Shown here: one piece after another, positions 9,896 to 19,009 of the stretch
How the letters are laid out: every line of letters starts with the position of its first letter
Numbering within the stretch: the first letter of the stretch is position 1
Assembly (NCBI RefSeq): GCF_000384255.1
Contig: NZ_KB913035.1
Location: 1,784,808 to 1,848,807 of the forward strand
Direction of reading: 5' to 3'
Origin: Methylotenera mobilis 13
Lineage (GTDB): Bacteria > Pseudomonadota > Gammaproteobacteria > Burkholderiales > Methylophilaceae
DNA length: 64,000 bases
Made by a program: the position numbers and the translations under genes
Notes under the pieces: generated by a model
Database searches by the model: none
The model's input: the letters and a program-made list of their open reading frames with translations, nothing else
Told to the model about the DNA's origin: nothing

Positions 9896-12013
9896 TTAGA
9901 AACTGGAAACAGACCTTTTAGGTAGATTAGTTTCTAATATCTTTTTAAAGTCATTGAGTGCTACTTCAGCTAGGTCATTGATTTCTGGCAGGCTACGATT
10001 TGTGAGATACAAAATACCATCAGCGACATTATTCATCGTTGCAATATGAAATTGACCATTTTCGACTGCTTTAATCACTTCATCACTTAGCATCAGATGA
10101 CGCATGTTGCGCTCAGGCATGAGCACACCTTGTTTACCATCTAGGCCTATTTCTTTACACACTCTAAAATAGCCTTCAATCTTCTCATTTAGGCCACCGA
10201 CTGGTAGTACTTCGCCATGCTGATTAAGTGCGCCAGTGACGGCAATGCCTTGTTTAATGGGTACTTGTGCCAGTGATGAGAGTAACGCGAAAAGCTCCGC
10301 GCAAGAAGCTGAGTCACCATCCACACCGCTGTATTCTTGCTCAAACACAAGCGAGGCTGTGAGGTTAAGTGGATTTAATAGCGCAAAGTTAGTATGTAGC
10401 CAGCTTTGTAAGATCATCACGCCTTTATCGTGGGTTGGGCCGCTCATGCTCACTTCACGATCAATCGTTAGCACTCCGCGACTACCTGGGTAGCAATTCG
10501 CAGAAATGCGAACAGGTGACCCAAAACTTGCTTCAGATAAATCAATATGCGTGAGACCATTAATCTGGCCGATACACTCTCCATGCACGCTGATAATGAG
10601 CTCTTTATCTACGATAGAATCTCGCATATGCGCCTCAATATAACTGTGGCGTGCATATTTGCGTTGTATTGCTGACTTTACATCTTCAATACCTACTAAT
10701 AGGGCACCACGCAAATTAGCGGCGGCGGCACTTTCTAAAAGTAATTTTTCCAGTACTGCAAACTTAGTGCTCAGTCTTGTTTGATCTTCAATTAAGCGAT
10801 GCATTGCTTGTAACAAAATAGCAACGGCTTCTGCAGTAAAGTGTCGGCAATGATGTTGACGACACTTGTGAGCAATAAAAGAGGCATAAGCCGCATAGTT
10901 TTCTGGCGTTGCTTTTACTTGATCAGCAAATTCTATTTTGATAGGGAAGTAATCAAAGAAATCTGGTTTAACACTTAATAACTCGTAATAGTCTTCACGG
11001 GTGGCAATCAACACAATTTTGACTGAAACCGGTATTGCTGCTTGTGCGCTAATCAAGCTGCTACCTTGATTGCTACTGCTACTTAAGTCTTCAATCTGCA
11101 AAGTGCCATTACGTAAGAAACGATGCAATTTCTCAAGAATATGTGTTCCATTTTGCTCATCAGCAAGAATGTCGCGTAAATGTAGCAATAATGTACCGCC
11201 ATCAGCACGCATCAGGTTGCCAGCACGTAAGCGCAAAAAGTCTGGAATATTACTCGCTTCGCCGGCACCTTCTATACCGCCAAACAAGGATTGTAAGCTA
11301 GGGTCATTATCGTAAAGCACTGGCGCATGCTGTGTTGCATGATGCTCTACTAACACGTTGGCACGATAGCGTCCAAAAAAACTCTCAGAGATGAGTGCTT
11401 CAAGGTTACTTTCGCCATCTGGGCTGGTTGTTGGCTGCCAATTCTCTAACGACTCTAAAATATCTTTTTTCAGCGTATTGAAGTAATGCGTCGGCATTTT
11501 GTCTGGCTCTATGAGCGTAAGACTGGCTTTTATGACACTTAACTGGCCATCAACAAATATCTGCAATGGTGAAATGGAGTTTTGCTGCACTTTGGCTTCT
11601 AATAAACTTGCAAGGTCTTTTGCGAAGACGCGCACAAAACTATCTAACGCTTGCTTTAATTGCACACCGGCACCAGCCGGCAATTTCATGAACAGAGGCT
11701 TTCCGTTGCCTTCGAACTGATAAAGCGCCACCAAGTCACTTGCTGCTGGCCACTTTTTAGCTGCATCGTGCATCACACTGGTCATCAGCGTAGTTCTACC
11801 TGACCCTGGCTCACCTAAAGCAAGCAAATTAAAACCAGACTGCTGAATACTTAATCCAAACTCTGCAGCTTTTTTAGCCTCTGCTTGCGCAACCCATGCT
11901 TGATATTGAGCATTATCCTGCGTTTCAACAAGCAGGGCTGAAGTATCAACAAAGCTGAATTGACCCAATGACACATTCAGGGTTAGCTCTTGAGGTGTTA
12001 ATGTTTTTTGCAT
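9896..12013 (-). CDS. Lon-like S16 peptidase of the YcbZ/LonH family with an N-terminal P-loop-like module.
   Basis: 705 aa. The C-terminal domain aligns closely with E. coli YcbZ (IGQINGL.., FEQEYSGVDGDSAS, GGLNEKIEGYF). N-terminal GEPGSGRTT is a Walker-A-like motif carrying Arg in place of Lys. Confidence 0.8.
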   Translation of the reverse strand: MQKTLTPQELTLNVSLGQFSFVDTSALLVETQDNAQYQAWVAQAEAKKAAEFGLSIQQSGFNLLALGEPGSGRTTLMTSVMHDAAKKWPAASDLVALYQFEGNGKPLFMKLPAGAGVQLKQALDSFVRVFAKDLASLLEAKVQQNSISPLQIFVDGQLSVIKASLTLIEPDKMPTHYFNTLKKDILESLENWQPTTSPDGESNLEALISESFFGRYRANVLVEHHATQHAPVLYDNDPSLQSLFGGIEGAGEASNIPDFLRLRAGNLMRADGGTLLLHLRDILADEQNGTHILEKLHRFLRNGTLQIEDLSSSSNQGSSLISAQAAIPVSVKIVLIATREDYYELLSVKPDFFDYFPIKIEFADQVKATPENYAAYASFIAHKCRQHHCRHFTAEAVAILLQAMHRLIEDQTRLSTKFAVLEKLLLESAAAANLRGALLVGIEDVKSAIQRKYARHSYIEAHMRDSIVDKELIISVHGECIGQINGLTHIDLSEASFGSPVRISANCYPGSRGVLTIDREVSMSGPTHDKGVMILQSWLHTNFALLNPLNLTASLVFEQEYSGVDGDSASCAELFALLSSLAQVPIKQGIAVTGALNQHGEVLPVGGLNEKIEGYFRVCKEIGLDGKQGVLMPERNMRHLMLSDEVIKAVENGQFHIATMNNVADGILYLTNRSLPEINDLAEVALNDFKKILETNLPKRSVSSF

Positions 12014-12014
12014 A

Positions 12015-12473
12015 TTATTTTTCTATCTTCCAACGGTCACGCGCCATATCGTCTGCTGATTTTGCCTCTATCCAATGCTCACCTTTTGAATTCGCTTCTT
12101 TTTTCCAGAACGGCGCCTCTGTTTTAAGATAATCCATCATAAACTCGCAAGCTGAGAATGCGTCTCCACGATGTGCGCTACTCACTACGACAAGCACAAT
12201 TTGATCGCTAGGTTGCAATGTGCCAACGCGATGCACAATTAAAGCATCGAGGATATTCCAACGTGTTTTTGCTTGATTAATAATCGAGCTTAAAGACTTT
12301 TCCGTCATGCCTGGATAATGCTCAAGGGTAAGTTGAGTCACGTCATCACCCTCATTCAAATCGCGCACTAATCCTACAAAGCTAACAACCGCACCAATAT
12401 CCTTACGTGCTTGGCGCAGTTGATTAATTTCTAGACCAACATCAAAATCTTCTGTTTGCACTCTAACTGTCAT
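12015..12473 (-). CDS. moaE: Molybdopterin synthase catalytic subunit MoaE.
   Basis: Contains the LEHYPGMTEK motif. The track's TTG start was trimmed to the ATG (MTVRVQ..), which matches the E. coli MoaE N-terminus. Confidence 0.85.
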   Translation of the reverse strand: MTVRVQTEDFDVGLEINQLRQARKDIGAVVSFVGLVRDLNEGDDVTQLTLEHYPGMTEKSLSSIINQAKTRWNILDALIVHRVGTLQPSDQIVLVVVSSAHRGDAFSACEFMMDYLKTEAPFWKKEANSKGEHWIEAKSADDMARDRWKIEK

Positions 12474-12505
12474 ACTTTTACCGATACGCCACAAAGCATT
12501 ATCAT

Positions 12506-12763
12506 TTAACCACCAGTGACAGGAGGGAAGAACGCAACCTCATCACCATCGTTGATTACCGCTTTATCATCAACAAGCTCGTGATTAATTGCTGCTCTTA
12601 CCTTAAGTTTTCCCATCAGCATCTGCCCCCAAACATCACCGCGTTTGGCGAGAAAAGCTTTTAATTTAAGAATAGTAAAAGACTCATCTGGTAACTCTAA
12701 ATCTTCTGTAGAGTACTTTAATGTTTCCTTGAGTCTTGCAAAGTAAAATAATTTAATTTTCAT
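12506..12763 (-). CDS. moaD: Molybdopterin synthase sulfur-carrier subunit MoaD.
   Basis: 85 aa ending in a Gly-Gly C-terminus (..FFPPVTGG). Confidence 0.8.
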   Translation of the reverse strand: MKIKLFYFARLKETLKYSTEDLELPDESFTILKLKAFLAKRGDVWGQMLMGKLKVRAAINHELVDDKAVINDGDEVAFFPPVTGG

Positions 12764-12780
12764 TGGGTTACTTAACTAAG

Positions 12781-14100
12781 TTAATCTGTTTTATCATCAA
12801 TAATGTCTAACAAATCGGGTGTGTTTTTGGTTAACTCAACACGTTCGATTTGCGCAAATCTTTGTGAAATCTTCTGGCTAGAAATATGCACGTCCTGTGC
12901 ATTTTCATGCGCCTGCCTAATGTTGTCAGCAAGTTTTTTCATACGTAAATCAAAACGTCCGAAATCTTTACTAAGCTTGCCTAACTCTTCTTTAATGACG
13001 TGTACTTGCTTACGCGTTTCTACATCTTTCAGCACTGCTCTGGCAGTGTTCAAAACGGCCATCAAGGTGGTAGGCGAAACCACCCAAACACGTTTGTTCA
13101 TCGCATATTCAATGACATCTGCATGATAGGCATGCAACTCTGCAAACACTGCCTCCGCAGGAATAAACATCACTGCACCATCGGAAGTGACATTCGAAAT
13201 AATGTATTTAGTGGCTATGTCATCGACATGCTTCTTAACGTCTAATTTAAATTGCTTTTCTGCAAGTAGCTTTTCTGCATCACTAAGCTTGTTATCCAGC
13301 ATGCGGTGATAGTTTTCAAGCGGAAATTTACTATCCACGGCAACCACGCCAGTAGGTTCAGGTAAAAACAATGCACAGTCAGCACGTGTGCCGTTTTCAA
13401 ACGTGTGTTGCATCGCAAAAGAATTTACTGGTAACACATTGCGTACTAACGCCTCTAACTGCACCTCTCCAAAGGCACCACGCGAGCGCTTATCACCCAA
13501 CAACTCTTGCAGACTCACCACATTGGTGGTTAAGCCATCAATTTTCTTTTGTGCTTCATCAATCGTTGCGAGGCGCGCCATTACATCTATAAAGGTTTGG
13601 TTGGTTTTCTTAAAGCCCTCATCCAAACGCTCGGACACTTTACCGCCAATCAACTCAAGTCGACCATCTACTGACTTAGTCAGCGCCTCAATACTTGCAG
13701 TCAACTGCAGTGTTGCATTACGCATGGTTGACTGGATTAACTCTTGCTCTGCTTTACCCTGCTCGGCTAATGTCGTGTGTAGTTTTTCCAACACGGTTTC
13801 ACGTGTTTGAGAAAGGCTGTTGTTTTGTGCAAGTTGCAATGTCTGCATCGCATCACGCGTTGCTTGCAACTCTGTAGCCACGCTAGCACGCAAACGCTCA
13901 CTAGTTTCATTAGTGGCATTACTCAAGCGATCACCTAGCTTATTCAGCCCATCGTTAAAGTCTAACAACATAGCGCGATGCTTTTCTTCTAACTGCTGGA
14001 GTATAAGAATATTGCGATCTACTTTGCTTTCACGCCACATCTGCAATAGAAGTAACAAAAGAATAACAAATGAAATAATTAATATAATGATTTGTACCAT
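12781..14100 (-). CDS. rmuC: DNA recombination protein RmuC.
   Basis: 439 aa with an N-terminal TM segment, a long coiled-coil region and the C-terminal RmuC domain (FAMQHTFENGTRADCALFLP..). Confidence 0.85.
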   Translation of the reverse strand: MVQIIILIISFVILLLLLLQMWRESKVDRNILILQQLEEKHRAMLLDFNDGLNKLGDRLSNATNETSERLRASVATELQATRDAMQTLQLAQNNSLSQTRETVLEKLHTTLAEQGKAEQELIQSTMRNATLQLTASIEALTKSVDGRLELIGGKVSERLDEGFKKTNQTFIDVMARLATIDEAQKKIDGLTTNVVSLQELLGDKRSRGAFGEVQLEALVRNVLPVNSFAMQHTFENGTRADCALFLPEPTGVVAVDSKFPLENYHRMLDNKLSDAEKLLAEKQFKLDVKKHVDDIATKYIISNVTSDGAVMFIPAEAVFAELHAYHADVIEYAMNKRVWVVSPTTLMAVLNTARAVLKDVETRKQVHVIKEELGKLSKDFGRFDLRMKKLADNIRQAHENAQDVHISSQKISQRFAQIERVELTKNTPDLLDIIDDKTD

Positions 14101-14304
14101 AAGCTAAATTATACCCGATGCTTGTTTAGCAACTCTATAAATTCATGGTTTAAATAGATGGGATGAGATAGATTGCATCCGCAACAGACAAGCGTTTGAT
14201 GTTTATTGAGTAAGATGTAATTCACAAAAGTTTAAAAAGACCATTTTTAAAATACTTCAGACTGTGCCAAACTTAAAATTATTATTAATCTTGTTAGGCT
14301 TATC

Positions 14305-16002
14305 GTGCTTAAACTCAAACTACTCATCAATCAGTGGCTAGCCAACGTTACACGCAGGCTTCATAACAGCTTTTATTTATATCTAAGCGCGTTGCTCACA
14401 GTGTTGGTTTTATTAGATGCCAGCGTGTTTCATGTTGGTGAAAACATGCGAGATCGCGCGTTTGATATGATGGTGAAAAATCGGATTGTCGTACCAAAAG
14501 CAGATGCTGATATTGTGATTATTGATATCAATGAAGCATCGTTAAGTGCAATGTCTGCAGAGTATGGTCGCTGGCCTTGGCCTAGACAAGTATTGGGTGA
14601 ATTTTTAGAAAACATTGAAGCACAGCAGCCTAAAGCAGTGGTGTTTGACATACTATTTAGTGACCCTGATGTTTACAACCCAGATAGTGATGCATATTTC
14701 AATGAGGTGATTGCCAGTACTCAAAATACGTTCTTTCCAATGCTACGGCTTTCTGAAGCGAGTGATGAGTTAAGTCAAGTCACACCAGACATGATTCCCG
14801 GCATTAAGCGTGCTGGGCTAGCTGCAGATGAAAATTCCACAACCAAACCGATTGCAATCGTTCTGCCACATTTTGAAGCGGCCCTGAACTCGCAACACCT
14901 AGGCACTCATAACATATATCCAGATAAAGACGGCATTGTGCGTGAGTACAGACTTTGGCACGATGAAAATGGTTGGGTGTTACCTTCTCTACCCTTAGCT
15001 GTAGGTAAGTTTGTAGGAAAAAGCTCAGATACGCTTCCACAAAATATGTTGATCAATTGGCGAGGAAAACCCTTCACCTACCAATTTGCATCATTTAGCG
15101 ATGTTTACGCAGATATGGCAAACAAGATAAAAAAACGCCCTCCAAATGAGTTTAAAGACAAGATAGTCATTATCGGCTCAACTGCACCTTCATTGTTTGA
15201 CCTTAAAGCAACTGCGATGGCAAAAGCCCACCCAGGGGTAGAAATTCTTGCCACGGCGATTGATAACGTTAAACATGATGATTATTTAAAAGTGTGGCGC
15301 GGAAAAACGCCTTATATTTTAGTAAGCTTGGCATTAATCTGGCTCACGGCGATGGCATTTTTCCGCAATGTGGACCGAGACAAAGTAACGACAATTTTTA
15401 GTAGTAGCCAAATTATCCTGATTACTTTGTCTTATCTTGCCATTAACTTTACAAACACCTACTTAGATCTGACAGGCCCAATTGCTTGGGCAATTATGTA
15501 TTTTAGTGTGGCTAAAATATATGCACTAGCTAATGACCGTGCAATGCAGCGGCTTTTAGCAAATGACGTAGAATCAGGTAAAAAAGGTGCAGCGATTCTA
15601 CTGATGCCAATTATGTTTGAAACGCGCGAACCACTGAGCGATAGCATACTCAAAAAATTACAACATAAAATTGAACAGGAAATTCAGCAACAGGGTACAG
15701 TAGAAATTTTAAAGGGTACACAAAGTGGTATATGGGGTTTGTTTAGCGATATGATCATTGTGAGCTGGGCATATCGACATGATGATGAAGCAACAGCGAC
15801 AAAAACTGAACAAGCCGCTAAGCAACTAGGCGAACAACTTAGCAGATTAATTCAGAGTACAGGTATTCCTGCTAATACAACTGCGCGTTATATTCTGCAT
15901 ACAGGTGCACTCAACACTGAAAAACCGATGGCAAACCAATGGCGAGGACTATTTGCACAAGCCATTATCAAATTAGATATTTTAGAAGGTGAAATCCAAT
16001 GA
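14305..16002 (+). CDS. CHASE2 extracytoplasmic sensor-domain membrane protein with an unassigned ~160-aa cytoplasmic C-terminal domain.
   Basis: 565 aa. CHASE2 hallmarks DIVIIDINEASL..YGRWPWPR..AVVFDILFSDPD. Three TM helices at about aa 335-400. No GGDEF, HisKA or cyclase motifs in the C-terminus. GTG start. Confidence 0.75.
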   Translation: MLKLKLLINQWLANVTRRLHNSFYLYLSALLTVLVLLDASVFHVGENMRDRAFDMMVKNRIVVPKADADIVIIDINEASLSAMSAEYGRWPWPRQVLGEFLENIEAQQPKAVVFDILFSDPDVYNPDSDAYFNEVIASTQNTFFPMLRLSEASDELSQVTPDMIPGIKRAGLAADENSTTKPIAIVLPHFEAALNSQHLGTHNIYPDKDGIVREYRLWHDENGWVLPSLPLAVGKFVGKSSDTLPQNMLINWRGKPFTYQFASFSDVYADMANKIKKRPPNEFKDKIVIIGSTAPSLFDLKATAMAKAHPGVEILATAIDNVKHDDYLKVWRGKTPYILVSLALIWLTAMAFFRNVDRDKVTTIFSSSQIILITLSYLAINFTNTYLDLTGPIAWAIMYFSVAKIYALANDRAMQRLLANDVESGKKGAAILLMPIMFETREPLSDSILKKLQHKIEQEIQQQGTVEILKGTQSGIWGLFSDMIIVSWAYRHDDEATATKTEQAAKQLGEQLSRLIQSTGIPANTTARYILHTGALNTEKPMANQWRGLFAQAIIKLDILEGEIQ

Positions 16003-16517
16003 AACATTACCTAAAGCAACTACTAATCGCGGGCAGTCTAATCCCTATACTTTACGTAGGCATGAGCTCAGCAGCCGAAAAAGCTAGTGCGCTCAAAAAT
16101 GACAGCCTACGCACAGAACCATATGCCGATGCAAAAATTAGCGGTAGTTTTGTACGAGGTGAGAGCTTGGAAATCATCAAAAAACAAGGCGCTTGGTTAC
16201 AAGTAAAAGCAAAAAAAGGCTCAGGCTGGGTACGTTTGCTTTCTGTAAAACGTGGCGTGACAGCAAGCAGTAATCAAGCAGCTGGTGTGTTAGCCGTGGC
16301 TAGTGGTCGCGCAGGTACTGGACAAGTCGTATCGACAACAGGTGTCCGCGGCTTAAGTGAACAAGAGTTAAAAGCCGCTAAATTTAATGAAGAAGAAGTA
16401 AAAACATTAGAAAGCTACACCTTAAGTGCTGAAAAAGGCCGTGCTTTCGCTAAAGCTGGAAACTTAAACAGCGTTGCTTTTAAAAACTTAAAAGAAGTGA
16501 AAGGTGGTGCTCAATGA
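15999..16517 (+). CDS. Secreted bacterial SH3 (SH3b) domain protein.
   Basis: 172 aa with a signal peptide. SH3b-like segment ISGSFVRGESLEIIKKQGAWLQVKAKKGSGWVRLLSV. ATGA overlap with the CHASE2 gene. Confidence 0.6.
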   Translation: MKHYLKQLLIAGSLIPILYVGMSSAAEKASALKNDSLRTEPYADAKISGSFVRGESLEIIKKQGAWLQVKAKKGSGWVRLLSVKRGVTASSNQAAGVLAVASGRAGTGQVVSTTGVRGLSEQELKAAKFNEEEVKTLESYTLSAEKGRAFAKAGNLNSVAFKNLKEVKGGAQ

Positions 16518-17473
16518 GCGCGAATCAAACATCCCCAAGCAAGTCGTCTACACAGCAATTTCGTCTAATTTCAATCGTAGTTGCGGGCATGCTAGGTTTT
16601 ACCAGCTCACAAAGTGTGGCTTTTGATTTTAAAGGTGCGCTAAAAGATGCTGTGGAAAAGGAAATCAGCCAACAATCAGAAGGCTCAACAGCCCCTACTA
16701 ACGCTGTAAGTACAACTGAAAGTGCTAAATCCAACAATTCAACAGCTAGCTCCGAAGCTACGTTCAACTGGAAAAATCCGAGCACCGCAGAAGAAATTAC
16801 ACTGGGACGTGAAATTGCTGGAAATTTGCTAGGAGCTGCACCGCTGGTAAAAGACGCTGCACTACAAAAATATGTTAACTCTGTGGGACGTTGGGTTGCA
16901 TCACAGTCTGAGCGCCCAGAGCTACCTTGGCGCTTTGGTGTGATTGAGAGTGAGGATTTAAACGCTTTCGCAGCGCCAGGCGGCTACATCATGCTGACTA
17001 AAGGCTTATACCGGAAACTTCAAAATGAAGCTCAACTCGCTGGTGTGTTAGGACATGAAATCGCCCATGTAGTTAAAAAACACCAACTCAAAGTATTACA
17101 AAAACAACAATTGTTAAATATTGGTGCTGGTCTCTTAAGTGACAAGTATGCCAAAGACAATGCCATGATTAGCAAAGCAATTGGCAGTGGCGCGGAAATC
17201 AGTGCCAGGAGTTTAGATAAATCAGCGGAATACGAAGCTGACCGATTAGGATTAAGTTATGCAACTCGTGCAGGTTACGAGCCATATGGCTTGACTGATG
17301 TATTGCAAACATTGGGACAATCAAACACCAGTGATGCTAGCGTTGCATTACTATTTAAAACTCACCCCCACCCAGATGAGAGACTTTCAGCATTAAGTGA
17401 ATCTGTAGGTGGTCAACTCGATAAGATGACTAATGGCAAAACATTGGAAAAACGATTCTATCTACTCAAGTAA
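16514..17473 (+). CDS. Periplasmic M48-family zinc metalloprotease (BepA/YfgC/LoiP-like protease domain, no TPR).
   Basis: 319 aa with a signal peptide and a Ser/Thr-rich linker. HEIAHVVKKH (HExxH) plus a downstream EADRLG motif. ATGA overlap with the SH3b gene. Confidence 0.75.
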   Translation: MSANQTSPSKSSTQQFRLISIVVAGMLGFTSSQSVAFDFKGALKDAVEKEISQQSEGSTAPTNAVSTTESAKSNNSTASSEATFNWKNPSTAEEITLGREIAGNLLGAAPLVKDAALQKYVNSVGRWVASQSERPELPWRFGVIESEDLNAFAAPGGYIMLTKGLYRKLQNEAQLAGVLGHEIAHVVKKHQLKVLQKQQLLNIGAGLLSDKYAKDNAMISKAIGSGAEISARSLDKSAEYEADRLGLSYATRAGYEPYGLTDVLQTLGQSNTSDASVALLFKTHPHPDERLSALSESVGGQLDKMTNGKTLEKRFYLLK

Positions 17474-17642
17474 TTGAGCTTAATGTAGGCATGCATAAAA
17501 TGACGTAAAACTTTCTTATTTGATTAGAAATACTGATTAAAAATTTAACTAAATGAGCATTAATAATAAATAGAAATACAAGTTCAGATATCGTTTCTAT
17601 AGTTAAGAATATCAATAAACAAGCCATATTTAAGTCTATGCA

Positions 17643-17685
17643 AAAGCGCTTTGTTTGATTATTCTCAAACAAAGCGCTTTTAATT
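17643..17685 (+). terminator. Rho-independent terminator downstream of the CHASE2-SH3b-M48 operon.
   Basis: Perfect 14-15-bp inverted repeat aaagcgctttgttt / aaacaaagcgcttt with a 10-nt loop, followed by TTTTAATT. Confidence 0.6.
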
Positions 17686-17753
17686 GATTCAGCTGTTTGA
17701 CATCTCAATGTATAGGGATAAAAATGTCCTTATACATTGTCGGAGATTGTTTT

Positions 17754-18929
17754 ATGGCAACGAAGCAAAAAGAGAATAAACCTAGCCAAGTATTAAAAGA
17801 AGCCATTACCAAGCCTGCTAGTAGTACATCAAAAAAGCGTAAAGTGTCATTAGGTGATACTGCGCCAGATAGCACCCTAAACAGTATTGAAAACTTCGCA
17901 GTGAATGAAAATATAGCAGCAGCCCAAGAATCTAAATTCGAGGCAGTGCAAGATATTATCCAGCGTATTTCTAATAATGACCTATCAACACTTCCAGATG
18001 TATTGCATACGATTCTAAAAGGCGCCTCACCCGATGATGCCGCTGCATTGAGTAAAGCGCTCACTGTCATTAAAGATACAAAAACCATCAAATCGCGGTT
18101 ACGCAATGATCAAGCATTAGCTAAAGACTGGCGAGAGGGTGGCTACCCTTACCAAAACCTACTTTCAAGAAAATCTTACGAAAAACAAAAATACCATCTA
18201 CAAGTAGAGTTATTAAAATTACAAGCTTGGGTCAAAGAAACTGGGCAACGTGTTGTGATTTTATTTGAAGGCCGTGATGCAGCTGGTAAAGGCGGCACAA
18301 TCAGGCGCTTTATGGAACATCTCAATCCACGTGGCGCACGTGTGGTTGCACTTGAAAAACCTAGTGAAGTCGAGCGTGGTCAATGGTACTTTCAACGTTA
18401 TGTATCTCAGCTACCAACTGCGGGTGAGATTGTGTTGTTTGATCGCTCTTGGTACAACCGTGCAGGTGTAGAACGTGTAATGGGATTTTGCAACAATGAT
18501 GAATACCTTGAGTTTATGCGCCAAGCGCCAGATTTTGAGCGTAACCTGACACGATGCGGGATACACGTGATTAAGTTCTGGTTTTCAGTCAGTCGCTCTG
18601 AACAACGCAGGCGTTTCAAAGAGCGTGAAATGCACCCACTTAAACAATGGAAGCTTAGTCCTATTGACCTAGCATCACTCGACAAATGGGATGACTACAC
18701 GAAAGCAAAAGAAGCGATGTTTTTTCATACAGATACCGCGGACTCACCTTGGACCGTGATTAAATCTGATTGTAAGAAACGTGCGCGTCTAAATGCGATG
18801 CGTTACGTTTTACACAAGCTACCTTATAACAATAAAGAGATTGATGCGATTGGCCATTTAGATCCTCTGTTAGTAGGACGCGCGCATATTGTGTATGAAC
18901 GTGGCGAGCATAATCATATAATTCTCTAA
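17754..18929 (+). CDS. ppk2: Polyphosphate kinase 2 (class I, single PPK2 domain) with an N-terminal low-complexity extension.
   Basis: PPK2 core VVILFEGRDAAGKGGTI..FDRSWYNRAG. Start trimmed from the track's TTG at 17697 to the ATG at 17754, which has GGAG 8 nt upstream. Confidence 0.8.
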   Translation: MATKQKENKPSQVLKEAITKPASSTSKKRKVSLGDTAPDSTLNSIENFAVNENIAAAQESKFEAVQDIIQRISNNDLSTLPDVLHTILKGASPDDAAALSKALTVIKDTKTIKSRLRNDQALAKDWREGGYPYQNLLSRKSYEKQKYHLQVELLKLQAWVKETGQRVVILFEGRDAAGKGGTIRRFMEHLNPRGARVVALEKPSEVERGQWYFQRYVSQLPTAGEIVLFDRSWYNRAGVERVMGFCNNDEYLEFMRQAPDFERNLTRCGIHVIKFWFSVSRSEQRRRFKEREMHPLKQWKLSPIDLASLDKWDDYTKAKEAMFFHTDTADSPWTVIKSDCKKRARLNAMRYVLHKLPYNNKEIDAIGHLDPLLVGRAHIVYERGEHNHIIL

Positions 18930-19009
18930 CTCTACTCAGATTTAAAAGCCTTAATTTATCGCAATACAATCAGCGCAGGCGGTGCAAATCAGCACTACCT
19001 GCCGTTGTT

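Noticed and set aside
9896-12013. Idea that the Lon-like protein is a BREX BrxL defence protease.
   Set aside because: No brxA/B/C, pglX or pglZ genes flank it. The C-terminal domain matches housekeeping YcbZ/LonH closely. The neighbours are moaDE, rmuC and hslR.
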